Source of the DNA: Heterostelium pallidum
Taxonomy: Eukaryota
Assembly (NCBI RefSeq): GCF_000004825.1
Contig: NW_008805086.1
Coordinates: 901,410 to 965,409, forward strand
Direction: 5' to 3'
DNA length: 64,000 nt
Under the pieces are notes generated by a model. That model saw nothing but the letters and a program-made list of their open reading frames with translations, did not search any database and was not told the origin of the DNA. This document shows positions 1-11,054 of this stretch, piece after piece. The position numbers and the translations under genes are program-made. The number at the start of each line of letters is the position of its first letter. Within the stretch, counting starts at the first letter, position 1.

Positions 1-738
1 TCATTATTGCTTAAATAATTAACTTGAATACAACAACAAAAAAATCTAATAAAAACAAAAAAAAAAAAACTTAAAACAAAATCAGAAACTTAACAAAACG
101 CTATAGATATATTTGCTATTGGTATATGTATGTGTGTGTATATATATTTATATTGTGTGTTTGTTTGTCCTTCTTTTTTTTTTTATATATATTATGAAAA
201 ACAAACTATTACTTTATTATTTTTTACTATTATTATTACTTTTATATACTACTTTTATTATTTATTTATTTATCGATTAGTTGGTTGGTTGGTTGATGTA
301 TACAATGAATTAATGAATGAATTTAGAGGAAGAACAAACAAACACAATGAGTCTCTCTTGAATGATGATGAATTTACTACTATTACTATGAAAACGTATA
401 TACTACAATTGATTGATTTAAAGCTTATGATTACAATTTATCGACGACTTGCACAACAACCTTTACTTTATTTTTTTGTAAAAGCAAAGATAGAAACAAA
501 CAATCGCTTTTGTGCTTTTGTTTGTTTTGTTAAAGATGAATGTTGTTGTTGTTGTTGTTGTTGTTTTTTTTCGAAATAAGTAAATTTAATTTTGAACAAA
601 CATCATGCTCTCTTTTTACAACAAAACTACAAAGAAAAAACTTATTATTAATTATTCTTATTATTATTATTATTCTTTAATTATCTAATTTAAAATATTT
701 ACAAAAAAAAAAAAAAAAAACTTACTTTCTTCTCTCTC

Positions 739-769
<31 letters not shown>

Positions 770-984
770 AAGCTATTAGGTTTCGAAAAAAATAAAAATG
801 AAAATAAAAATAAAAAACTTTAAAGATTTTTTTTTTGGCAACTTAAAATGTGGTAATAATTGTTAGAAATTATCAAAATAATCATGGTTTATTTTGTCAA
901 TAAATAATCAAATTAACTTGTTGTTGTTTTCAAAAATACAAGGTTGTTTTATTTAATTTTAGTTTTCAATGATCCTATGGCTAA

Positions 985-1842
985 TTAATCCCATTGGAAA
1001 CAAGATAGACAAAAAGATGGGTGTTTCCAATTGCTATGAATAAGAGTTGCAACACCAGTGGAGCTTTCTGAATTTTCAATACCTGCACCGGCTGCAACAA
1101 TCAGTGGGATGAAATGCTCCTCTCTTGGATGAGCCAATCGGAATTTCGGTGCTTTTTCGTATTGAAGAAGTTGTGTGGTACGTTGTTCGCGAGTCAATTG
1201 AGTGTCTGTCAATATGCTTTGAATCCAGTCTTCGAACTCCTTGATCGGTGACGACTCGTCTGCTCTAGTTCTGAAGAAAAGGCTAAGATTATGGAGAGTG
1301 CTACCACTACACACAATGAGAATGCCTTCGTCACGCAACGGTTGCAACAACTGACCCATTTGATAGTGTTGGATGCCAGAGAGGTTGGATCGCAATGAGA
1401 GTTGGACAACTGGAATATCGGCATCTGGATACATCATTTTGAGTGGAGTCCAACTACCGTGATCCAATCCACGTGTTGGTGACATTCCAAGTTTGAATTG
1501 ATGTTGCTGTTGATTGCTGCCGCTTTTACCAAACAACTCTGTTATACGATTGATCAAACTTGGTGAAGTAGCTGGATTGTAACGAAGACGGTACAGCTCA
1601 TCCTCAAATCCATAGAAATCGTGTATAGTACTAAGATTGGTTGTTGAATTGGTGATGTGAAATTCCTTTTCCTCCCAGTGAGCAGAGACGATCAAGATTG
1701 CCTCTGGCTGTGGGTGTTTAGCCCAATTTCTATAGTTGGAGAGAAACTGTGTAGTTTTGTCTTGTTTATCTAGAATTTGGTTTGGAGCACCATGATTTAC
1801 AAATAAAACAGGAAATCTAGTCATTTTCCTTATAATGTTCAT
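985..1842 (-). CDS. LigB-family extradiol ring-cleavage dioxygenase (4,5-DOPA dioxygenase / YgiD-like), single exon
   Basis: 285-aa ORF. N-terminal MTRFPVLFVNHGAPN and SAHWE motifs are typical of class III extradiol dioxygenases (DODA/YgiD). The C-terminus aligns to the plant DODA tail. Coding GC content is above the flanking DNA. Confidence 0.8.
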   Translation of the reverse strand: MNIIRKMTRFPVLFVNHGAPNQILDKQDKTTQFLSNYRNWAKHPQPEAILIVSAHWEEKEFHITNSTTNLSTIHDFYGFEDELYRLRYNPATSPSLINRITELFGKSGSNQQQHQFKLGMSPTRGLDHGSWTPLKMMYPDADIPVVQLSLRSNLSGIQHYQMGQLLQPLRDEGILIVCSGSTLHNLSLFFRTRADESSPIKEFEDWIQSILTDTQLTREQRTTQLLQYEKAPKFRLAHPREEHFIPLIVAAGAGIENSESSTGVATLIHSNWKHPSFCLSCFQWD

Positions 1843-2557
1843 ATAGGTTTATAATAGATATAATAGTAGTAAAGTAGTTTGCAGCTATTATTAAACATAA
1901 CTAGAAAAGAAACAGAATGATAAAATTAATTTAATTTATAGAAAAGGTTAGATTCAAGATTTCAAAAATTCAAAAATTTGAAAAAAAAAAAAACTTCAGG
2001 AAGATTCTGAACGGAATGTCAAGTCATTCCCGGAATGTTTTCATCATCATGATAGTTTAATATCTCTATTCTATTTTAATCTACAACTTTTTTTATTATA
2101 ATCATCACACCATATTAATAAAAATATTTATTAACTGATATATTTGCATCGAATTAGTTATTTTTAGACTTTATTGTCTTTTATCAGGAAGATGTTTGTA
2201 GATTTAATGAGTAGATCTAAACAAAGATAAAGAATAGATAAAGTAATGTTTGATTTTTTTTTATATCGATTGTATTTTATTTGTTGAACTTTCAATTCAA
2301 AAAAAAAAAAAAGCTACATAGAATTTGATAGTCCATTATTATTATTATTATTATTTTTAATCACTGTACATCTTTGTTTGTATGATTATTCTATAGCAAT
2401 TTGTTATTCGCTTTTTTTGTATGTATCTATACATTGGTATTATTATTATTTTAGTATTGGTATTGGGTTGTTGATATTTCAAGAATTCATTTTGTTTGAT
2501 CTTTCCTTTCTTATCTTCTTGTTTGTTGTTTGTTTTTGCTTTGTTTTGTTTTGTTGT

Positions 2558-3685
2558 TTAATGTATAATTTCAATTTGTGTATATTTGTTTAATGCACTG
2601 ACCAAGAGGAATAGATCATCTTCGATTTCCATGTCATCCCAGACCTTGGAGAAGAACTCGGTCGATCCGATGAAAGCGAAAGTGGTTCTCATCTTCTGAA
2701 TGTTGTGTGGACGCAAATAGGGTGAGAAGAGGAGCACCGACTCGTTCTCGGCGTCCTTGAGAGCCTGTGAAACCTTTTCAAAGATTGGCATCAAGTCGGT
2801 CGATTTCTTGACACCATAGAAGCGGAATGCACGATCCAAGTTGTTGAATGCCTCGCGCAGTGCTTTGTCGACCTTGGCCAAGTCCTGGAGTTCGATGGTC
2901 TTTGAATCGATCTGGAAGAACACCTTGACCAGAATCTTGATGATGTTCTTCTCGATTTCATTGGCCTTGTCCTCGCTGGAGACACGACGAATGATCTTCT
3001 TCACCGAGGAAATCAACTCACGACCTTCCTCGGGAATCAACTTTTTCAGACCGCTCTTTCCGACGCCGGACGAAGCGATCTTTCCAGAGATATTCTTCTT
3101 TGCTCTAAACAAAACGTCGGTTCTGCCCTCACGCTTGACAGCACCATCATTACTGATCATTGGTACACCAACATTCTTTTTACCAGTACATGTCTTTACA
3201 TGTTCAGTCCAACTTTCAAATTCTAAATAATAGAATAGAAATGGTTAATAATCATGAAAATAAAAGTTGTAAAATTGTTGTTTGATTTCTTACCTTGTTG
3301 AGAATTGGCGGAAAAATAAGTTACTTTGTTTGATGAATTTCTAACTGAAAAAGTATGTGGTCTGGTGTTGTTGGCCGGTGTAATATCCAACATTGCAAAT
3401 TCTATATCTACACATTTAAAATCATCATCCTAAAATGAAAAAAATAAAAATAAAAAAAAAAGTGTGAGTTGTTAGTATGAAAATGATTATATACATCGAT
3501 CAATGTAGACCAATGAAATTTAATTCGACTAGATGTCTTTGATTAATTACCTGTTCAGTACGATATACATATAATCCACCTGGTACAAGTCTAACATAAG
3601 AATTCTTATACTTTAAGCTGTGAAGTGATGATTTCTTGGCAACATCCAAGATACCCTCGTATGTGACTGTTGTATGTGGTTCCAT
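2558..3685 (-). CDS. PH-domain protein with C-terminal TNFAIP8/TIPE-like (DUF758) domain; 3 exons about 3685-3551, 3429-3294, 3222-2558
   Basis: Exons 1-2 encode YEGILDVAKKSSLHSLKYKNSYVRL...KVTYFSANSQQEFESWTEHVK, a PH-like fold with the terminal W. Exon 3 aligns along the whole human TNFAIP8/TIPE (KKxxGKxxSK...EAEKIIKNLIK...SDCEFLAALY pattern). Introns are GTAATT..TTTTAG and GTAAGA..TATTTAG, and the phases match (0 and 1). Confidence 0.7.
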
Positions 3686-6600
3686 TTTATCTGTTTTTGG
3701 AGATGTCGATGATGAAGTTGTAGTTGTGGAAGTCGTTTTTGATTGATTGTTCTAATATACTGATGATATATTAGGAATAAGATTGCTAAAAAGTTATGAT
3801 TTAATTTAGATTTTAAAAAAAAAATCAATTATTATTTCTTTGACAATACTATTAGTTTTTTTTTTGTTTTTACTTTTGTTTAATTTATAGTACACTAAAT
3901 TGGCTGATTGTTTGATTGATTGTGAAAAGGATGTTTGATTGATTGATTGATGTTTGATTCTAAACTTTAACTATAATTAAAATTAAATAATATATTAATA
4001 TTAATGTAATAATTTAATAAAACAATTATTATTGAAGGGATAATATAACAGGTAGATAGATAGATAATTTTGGTGTCAATCTTGTGATAAACTTGAATAC
4101 AAAAAAACAAAAACAAAAATATAACAAAATTTTAACAAAACAAAATTGAATTCTCAATTAATATCAAATCATAATGTGTGTGTGAATGAGTTGATTGTTA
4201 CCATTTGCGTGTGTTGTTGTTGTTATTGTGTTTGATTTGATTGATAATTACTAATTGTGGTTATGCTAATCATATTATATATAATAATAAACAGATTATT
4301 ATTATTATTAGATTAGAATATGAAGATTAATGATAAAAGTTAAAAGATAGAAAAACAAGACTAAAAAAAGACAAATTGACCAAAATCTGTTAAGTTGTGA
4401 TCCGAATCTTACATACATACAAGCTATCTATCTATCTATAAAACAAAGACAATTAAATATTTATGTTTATTTATATAATACAAATTTTAAGCACTTTTAT
4501 TTTGTGCTGCCTTGGAAGATTTAATATTATAAGAATAATAATACTGTTGTAGTAATAATAGAAAATAAATAAATAATAAATAAATAAAGAAAATAAAAAT
4601 AAAAAAATGATAATATCAAAAAAAAAAAATGATAATATCAAAAAAAAAAAAACAATAGAAAAGTTGTGATGACCAATCAAATAAACAGCTAACAACGTAA
4701 CTATCTTTTTCTTATTCCATTTTCATTTTAGGGGTATTTTTTTAGATAAATTTAGGATTGATTTAAAATGTTGGTGCACACCAAAGAAAAAAAAAACCAA
4801 CAAAAAAAATTCGATAAAAATAAAACTTGATGTCCTAAAGAGGGAATAAGGCATCATTAAAATGCAAGTTTTGTTTCTGATATTTTGTATCTATTTTTTG
4901 AGTGAGCGATGGTGTGGTTTGGCAAATGAGATTTCGATTTAATGTTTATGACTGTTTTCAGTGTTGATCCCTTTTTTTGCAAAGAAATCTATATAAAAAT
5001 ATGTAAACAGTTGGAGACCAATTTATTGGCTATATGATGCAAATATGTCATATTCCTACTCTTCTACTCTTGAATTACTCTGAGATATATATATATATTA
5101 TATTTCTATTTATATCTATATTAAAAAAGATATTATAGATAAATAACTTACATCTAAGAATTGTGTGTGATTATGAAAATAAGTAACAGTAGTAATAAAT
5201 AATAATGATTAAAAAATAAAAAGGAATTTCTTTAACATAATCAATGTTTTGAGTTTTGTTTTTACTATTGTCAATTATGGCAAAGAAAGAAATAATGAAG
5301 GGGAGATTCAAAGTAAATATAAATTGAATCTTTTTTGTTGTTCAAAACGTGTAGTTAATTAATGATTGATTATCAAGAAATTCTATTTTTAAAACAATAT
5401 TATTTAAATTCTATTATCGATTGACAATAACAATAATAATTAGATATAGAATATGATGGTTGTTATTGCCACTTAGTAATATATTATTAGTTAACTAAAT
5501 TAATCCAAAATTTGTAAAATGTGGTAATTGTGTTACTGTTGTTGTTTTAATGTGGGTTGATGTTGCTGTGTGTTATGTTTTTAAATGAGACTATTGCTGT
5601 TTTGTTTTGTTGTTGTTGTTTACACCAATCAACTAACTAACCAACTCATTTTAATCAACACATTATAAACTCTCAACACTTAACACTCTACGAATATCAC
5701 ACACCTGTGGGCTTGTTACAGTTATAAACTAAAACGATGTGCTATTGGAGATATTATTATTACTATTATTATAATTCAGTATATGTTATTCAAAGTTACT
5801 TATTTGTAATTGTTGAACTGATTTGGTGTTTTTAATTTGATTTAGATATAATATAAAACCCATGTTACATGGTATTGAAAGTTCAATAACTCTTAAGTAT
5901 ATAGTACTTATATTACAAATTTTAATGAAAACAAATAATATAACTATTATAACTTTTTTTTTTTTATCCGTAGACTGATAATATAATCTTTTTGAAAAGC
6001 ACCTACACTTAAATCGTTTTATATTGTTCGTATCAAAAGTTAGCTTATTGATTGATACAGTGAAAAGATATATCTGAATAATAAATTAAAAATATGTGTA
6101 TTTATATATATATATATAGACTCTAAATGTGAAATTTTAAAAACTAAATGGTTATATTTCGTTGTTAGGTGGTGATTGTAAATGATGGTAATGTCGTTAC
6201 TATATCATGAATCAAAATTAAGCAGTGCTATCATAATGTTCCTCTCTAAAGGTGGAATGGTTGGGTATTTTAATAAAAACAAAAAAAATTAAAAGCAACA
6301 ACAAAATGAGCAAAATCAAAAAAGAAAAAAAAAAAAAAAACAGTACCTAAAAATAGATTCCAGCAAAAAACACCCTGGAATTTACCAACAACAAGACAAA
6401 TCATTGATATCACCACCACACCCCATATATAAATTAAACGAATTGTGAATTGAATCAATCGAAAATCGCTTAATTTAAAAAATTCCAAAAAAAAAATTCA
6501 AAAAAAAAAAAACTAAACCTCGATTTATATATCTGGGAGCATTGAGTTCATTCAAAAAGAAAACGAATCCTCATGAAACTGACAAGTGACGACCAGCCAA

Positions 6601-6994
6601 CAACTCCACAAGATCAAACCAAACAATTTCCTTTCTCTCAAGCCTAATATGAGAAACCTATTTAAAGCTATTTAGCAAATGTATTCACTATAAATGAGAG
6701 AGTGGCCACCATCACAAATCCTCATAGACACGAATACTTTTGATTTCATTTGGTCTAATTATAAAACAACAAACAACTTTGAAATAGAAAAAAAAAAATC
6801 TTGACCTTGAACGAATAAAAAATAATAATATTTTTAAAGAAATAATTATTTATTTATATTAGTTTATAAATGAGTATGAAATGAATGAATAAGTAACTAT
6901 CTAATTAACTTATTTTCTAATTGAATAAGTAAAATGTTTGTAAATATATATTGTTTTATTTAGTTGTGATATTTATTAATTTTGACATTAATGA

Positions 6995-9340
6995 TTAATA
7001 ATGTTGAGACTTTAATTTACTTTTGAGATCGGATAGCATTTCGTTGAGAGCATTATCATGACTATCAATATCGAATGATGTGAATTCAGTTTCATCATCT
7101 GTTTTAGTCGATGAAATTCCAGACGGAATTGATGGAATTAATGGACTTGATTTGTGTAGATCGAATTGATGATTGTTGTTGTTGTTATTGTGAGTATTCA
7201 TTTGGTTTGCATTTCTTGATTTTTCAGAGGGTTTGGTTTCCTCTAGGTCTAAAGATGATCGAGTTTTTTCACTTGGTTTTGTTTCACTGCTGCCTTCCGG
7301 TTTGTCAGTTTCAGTTGGCTTGTCTTTTGGTTTATCAGTTTCAGTTGGCTTATCGGTTTCAGTTGGCTTGTCTGCGGGTTTATCAGTTTCTGTTGGCTTG
7401 TCTGCGGGTTTATCGGTTTCAGTTGGCTTGTCTTTTGGTTTATCAGTTTCAGTAGGTTTATCAGTTGGCTTGTCTTTTGGTTTATCAGTTTCTGTTGGCT
7501 TATCAGTATCAGTTGGCTTGTCTGCGGGTTTATCAGTTTCTGTTGGCTTGTCTTTTGGTTTATCAGTTTCAGTTGGTTTGTCTTTTGGCTTATCAGTTTC
7601 TGTTGGCTTATCGGTTTCAGTTGGCTTGTCTTTTGGTTTATCAGTTTCAGTTGGCTTATCAGTATCAGTTGGCTTGTCTGCGGGTTTATCGGTTTCAGTT
7701 GGCTTGTCTTTTGGCTTATCAGTATCAGTGGGCTTGTCTTTTGGTTTATCAGTATCTGTTGGCTTGTCTTTTGGTTTATCAGTTTCAGTGGGCTTGTCTT
7801 TTGGTTTATCAGTTTCGAGTTGGCTTATCAGTTTCTGTTGGCTTATCAGTATCAGTTGGCTTGTCTTTTGGTTTATCAGTATCAGTGGGCTTATCAGTTT
7901 CTGTTGGTTGGTCTTTTGGTTTATCAGTTTCTGTTGGTTTGTCTTTTGGCTTATCAGTATCAGTTGGCTTGTCTTTTGGTTTATCAGTTTCTGTTGGCTT
8001 ATCAGTTTCTTTTGGTTTATCAGTTTCTGTTGGCTTGTCTTTTGGTTTATCAGTATCAGTTGGCTTCTCTTTTGGCTTATCTGTTTCGGTTGGTTTGTCT
8101 TTTGGTTTATCAGTATCTGTTGGCTTGTCTTTTGGCTTATCGGTTTCAGTTGGCTTGTCTTTTGGTTTATCAGTTTCTGTTGGCTTATCAGTATCAGTTG
8201 GCTTGTCTGCCGGTTTATCGGTTGGTTTGTCTTCTGGCTTACCAGTTGGCTTATCAGTTGGTTTATCAGTTGGTTTATCAGTTGATGGAGTTTGCGATGG
8301 AGTTTGCGAAGGAGTATGGGATGGAGTTTGCGAAGGAGTATGGGATGGAGTTTGGGATGGAGTTTGGGATGGAGTTTGGGATGGAGTTTGGGATGGAGTT
8401 TGGGATGGAGTTTGCGAAGGAGTTTGGGATGGAGTATGGGATGGAGTTTGCGAAGGAGTTTGGGATGGAGTTTTAGATGGAGTTTGAGATGGGGTTTGGG
8501 ATGGAGTCTGAGATGGAGTTTGAGATGGAGTTTGCGATGGAGTTTGCGAAGGAGTTTGAGATGGAGTTTGAGATGGAGTTTGAGATGGAGTTTGCGAAGG
8601 AGTTTGTGTTGGCGGCTCTGTAGGCAAACGTGATGGAGTATGAGTAGGTTTCTCTGTTGGTTTATCAGTAGGTTTTTCTGTTGGTTTGTGTGTTGGCTTA
8701 TGTGATGGTTTTTCTGTTGGTTTTGTGGTCGGATTATGTGGTTTATCTGTAGGTGGATTTATATCTGAGATAAATAGTATTAATAATCTAAAAATAGAGC
8801 CAAGTATTTCCATTTGTATATTTCACTTACCCACACATCTTGGTACATTAGGACAACACGATGTACCATGACAATTTCCAGGTGATGGTCCCCATTGACA
8901 AACCATTCCTTTCGCCTCACATTGGAGTGTACCACAGGTATCTCTTGGTGGTTCGAAATAGGTAAAGTTTCTCGAGGGTTTGCAAACACTCCAGAATTCG
9001 ATTACTTCGCCAGTGACTTCATTTCTACCACAAGAGTTTATATTTTCACAATTTCCAATGTTTCTGTTGACACAAAAATGAACTGTATTACCACAACAGC
9101 TTATAAATGGCATATATTGACATTTCGGATATAGTTTTGTACAAGTTTGTTCATCATTAATATTTTCACAATTACCTCCTGGAAATAATTTGAAAAAAAA
9201 ATAATGATTAGTAAAATGTTACATGGATACCTTTTAAATATTTTAAACATAAAATACAAACCATATTTTCTTAATCTAAAAGAGCTTACAAAATGAATAT
9301 AGATTATTAAAATTAATATAATATAGTTTATTAATTTCAT
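6995..9340 (-). CDS. secreted Cys-rich N-terminal domain + Thr/Pro/Lys-rich mucin-like tandem-repeat protein (5' exon tentative; internal frameshift near 7817)
   Basis: Candidate signal-peptide exon MKLINYIILILIIYIHF (9340-about 9290). Cys-rich exon 8831-about 9183 (18 Cys, ...CQWGPSPGNCHGTSCCPNVPRCV) ends at a GTAAGT donor, followed by a 66-nt intron 8765-8830. The last exon 6995-8764 encodes TDKPKDKPTE and PSQT repeats and a C-terminal tail ending at the stop codon (6995-6997). The minus-strand ORF is split by a +1 shift at a tcagtttcGagttgg unit. Confidence 0.55.
7230..8640 (-). repeat. coding tandem repeats: about 30-nt TDKPKDKPTE units (7230-8280) and 12-nt PSQT units (8290-8600)
   Basis: Periodic ttatcagtttcagttggcttgtcttttgg units and ggagtttgggatgg units are visible directly. 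All six frames stay open across them, which explains the long mirror-frame ORFs on the plus strand. Confidence 0.85.
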
Positions 9341-10226
9341 TTTAGAAAATATTTTATTAAAATTGAAGATAGATATATATATTTTTTCTTTCTATCAATT
9401 GTTTTTGTTTTTGTTTTTCTATTTATATACTGTCTTCAAAATGTAAATAGAAAATCAAACTTGCAAATAAGATGAATTCGAACAGTTATCTTCTGTTGGA
9501 AAGTGGGGGTGAATATGACTGATTGGGGTGAGTGTGAAATTATTCATCATTGATCAAAATGGGTATGAATAATTGTACACACAGCTGGTTTTTTTGTGTA
9601 CTGACACTGTGTTGAAAATGATCATTTTCAAACACCATTAAAAATGAATACAATATCTATATCTACAATGATAAATAAAATATAAAACATATAGGTTTCA
9701 ATGTGTTGTTTGTAGGTGATATTTAAAACTACAAGATAAAATAATTTAGTTGTTGATAATAATTGTTTCAAATAAATCTGAATCATTGGGTTTGAATAAC
9801 AATGTTAAATTGTAAAAGGTCAATATTTAGTTGAAAAAGAGAATCATTCGAGATTTAGTTTTATAATATTACCACTATGTTTTCTTTTCCAAAAAATGAA
9901 CAATAAGTTAATAGCATAGAATATATAGTATAGAATGATCACTTTAGCAAAGAATCTATTTTGTTTTAGTTGACAATATATTTTTTAATCCTTGTTACTC
10001 ATAAGTAAAATATCTGACAAAAAAATTGTAAATTATAAATAAAAAAATCAACAACTTCTTTTCTAATATTTATGACGAACATCAGATATTAAGTTCAAGA
10101 AAGAATGAATATGTTAAAATATATTATTTTTTTGTTTTTGTTTTGTTCTTTAAAGTCTATATAATTTAATAAATCAACAAAACAGACTGATATTAATTTG
10201 TTTTGCAATGATCATGTACAAACAAG

Positions 10227-10680
10227 TTGTGCATCGGTAACGTTATTAAATTCAACAGTATCGGTGTCCCTAGATCAACCAATTTATTGGGATGTAGCCG
10301 TTCCAACTACAGATGTTATTTGCCTACTGAGCTGTCCGATCTTGGACTTAATGGAAAGATAACCAGTATTGACAATCGTGTTTTTCAAGATGCTGATGAA
10401 GCTAGTGCTGGTAATATTACTCAAGATGACTCATCGCAGTATAGAAAGATAAGAGTTACCATACCAAAATATGACTATACAGTCCTATAGGATCCTGACT
10501 TTTCCAATATTCTCTGTAGATGATAAAGACTCAGATCAACTATGTAGATCTGACAATAATAAGTTAAGTAAAGGTGCCATCATTGGAATTGTTGTGTGGT
10601 ACTATTGCATTTTCTGCTTTGGTTGGTCTTGGAATTTTCTTGTTTAGGAAATATAAATACAATGAAAAATCTATCAATTA
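10227..10680 (+). pseudogene. possible gene relic: LRR-like segment plus a C-terminal TM helix, spread over three frames
   Basis: Frame 1 encodes RCYLPTELSDLGLNGKITSIDNRVFQD (LRR-like), ending at 10490. A second frame from ATG 10470 runs to 10646. A third frame gives the TM helix LLCGTIAFSALVGLGIFLFRKYKYNEKSIN ending at 10680. GC content is raised. No clean GT-AG introns join the frames. Confidence 0.25.
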
Positions 10681-11054
10681 AGTTGAAATTATTTAAAAAA
10701 AAGAATAATAAAAATAAAAAATTGTTTAATTTTAAAGTAGTATATTAGTTTTTTGATATTGATTTAATCATTTAATTTGGTTCAAATATTTTTCTTAATA
10801 TATGTTTATAAAGGAATTGAATAGTTTGTATTAATAAAAATTCAAATTTTGAAAAAACCCTCGTAAATTTGTCGGTTACAACAAAAATTTGAATTTTTAA
10901 AAATCTAAATTTTTATATTATTTTTTTTGGATTTATTAAATTAATATTTTTTTTCAAAAACAAACAACTAACACTAATCATTTTTGTATATCTATCTGTT
11001 TTTTTTTTGTTTTTAATTAATTAAATTAAATTTAGTTAAATAAACTCAAGAGAG

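Noticed and set aside
130-579. 149-aa plus-strand ORF at the window start
   Set aside because: Pure AT-rich low-complexity translation ([15 protein letters not shown]) with no codon bias and no homolog pattern. It lies in the intergenic spacer upstream of the dioxygenase gene.
7111-8633. Long plus-strand ORFs (350, 340, 218 and 113 aa) across the tandem-repeat tract
   Set aside because: They are mirror and alternative frames of the minus-strand TDKP/PSQT repeats. Stop-free periodic repeats keep all frames open. Their translations (LSVSVGLSFG, YQFLLA) are not protein-like. The minus strand has the Cys-rich exon, the splice site and the C-terminal tail.
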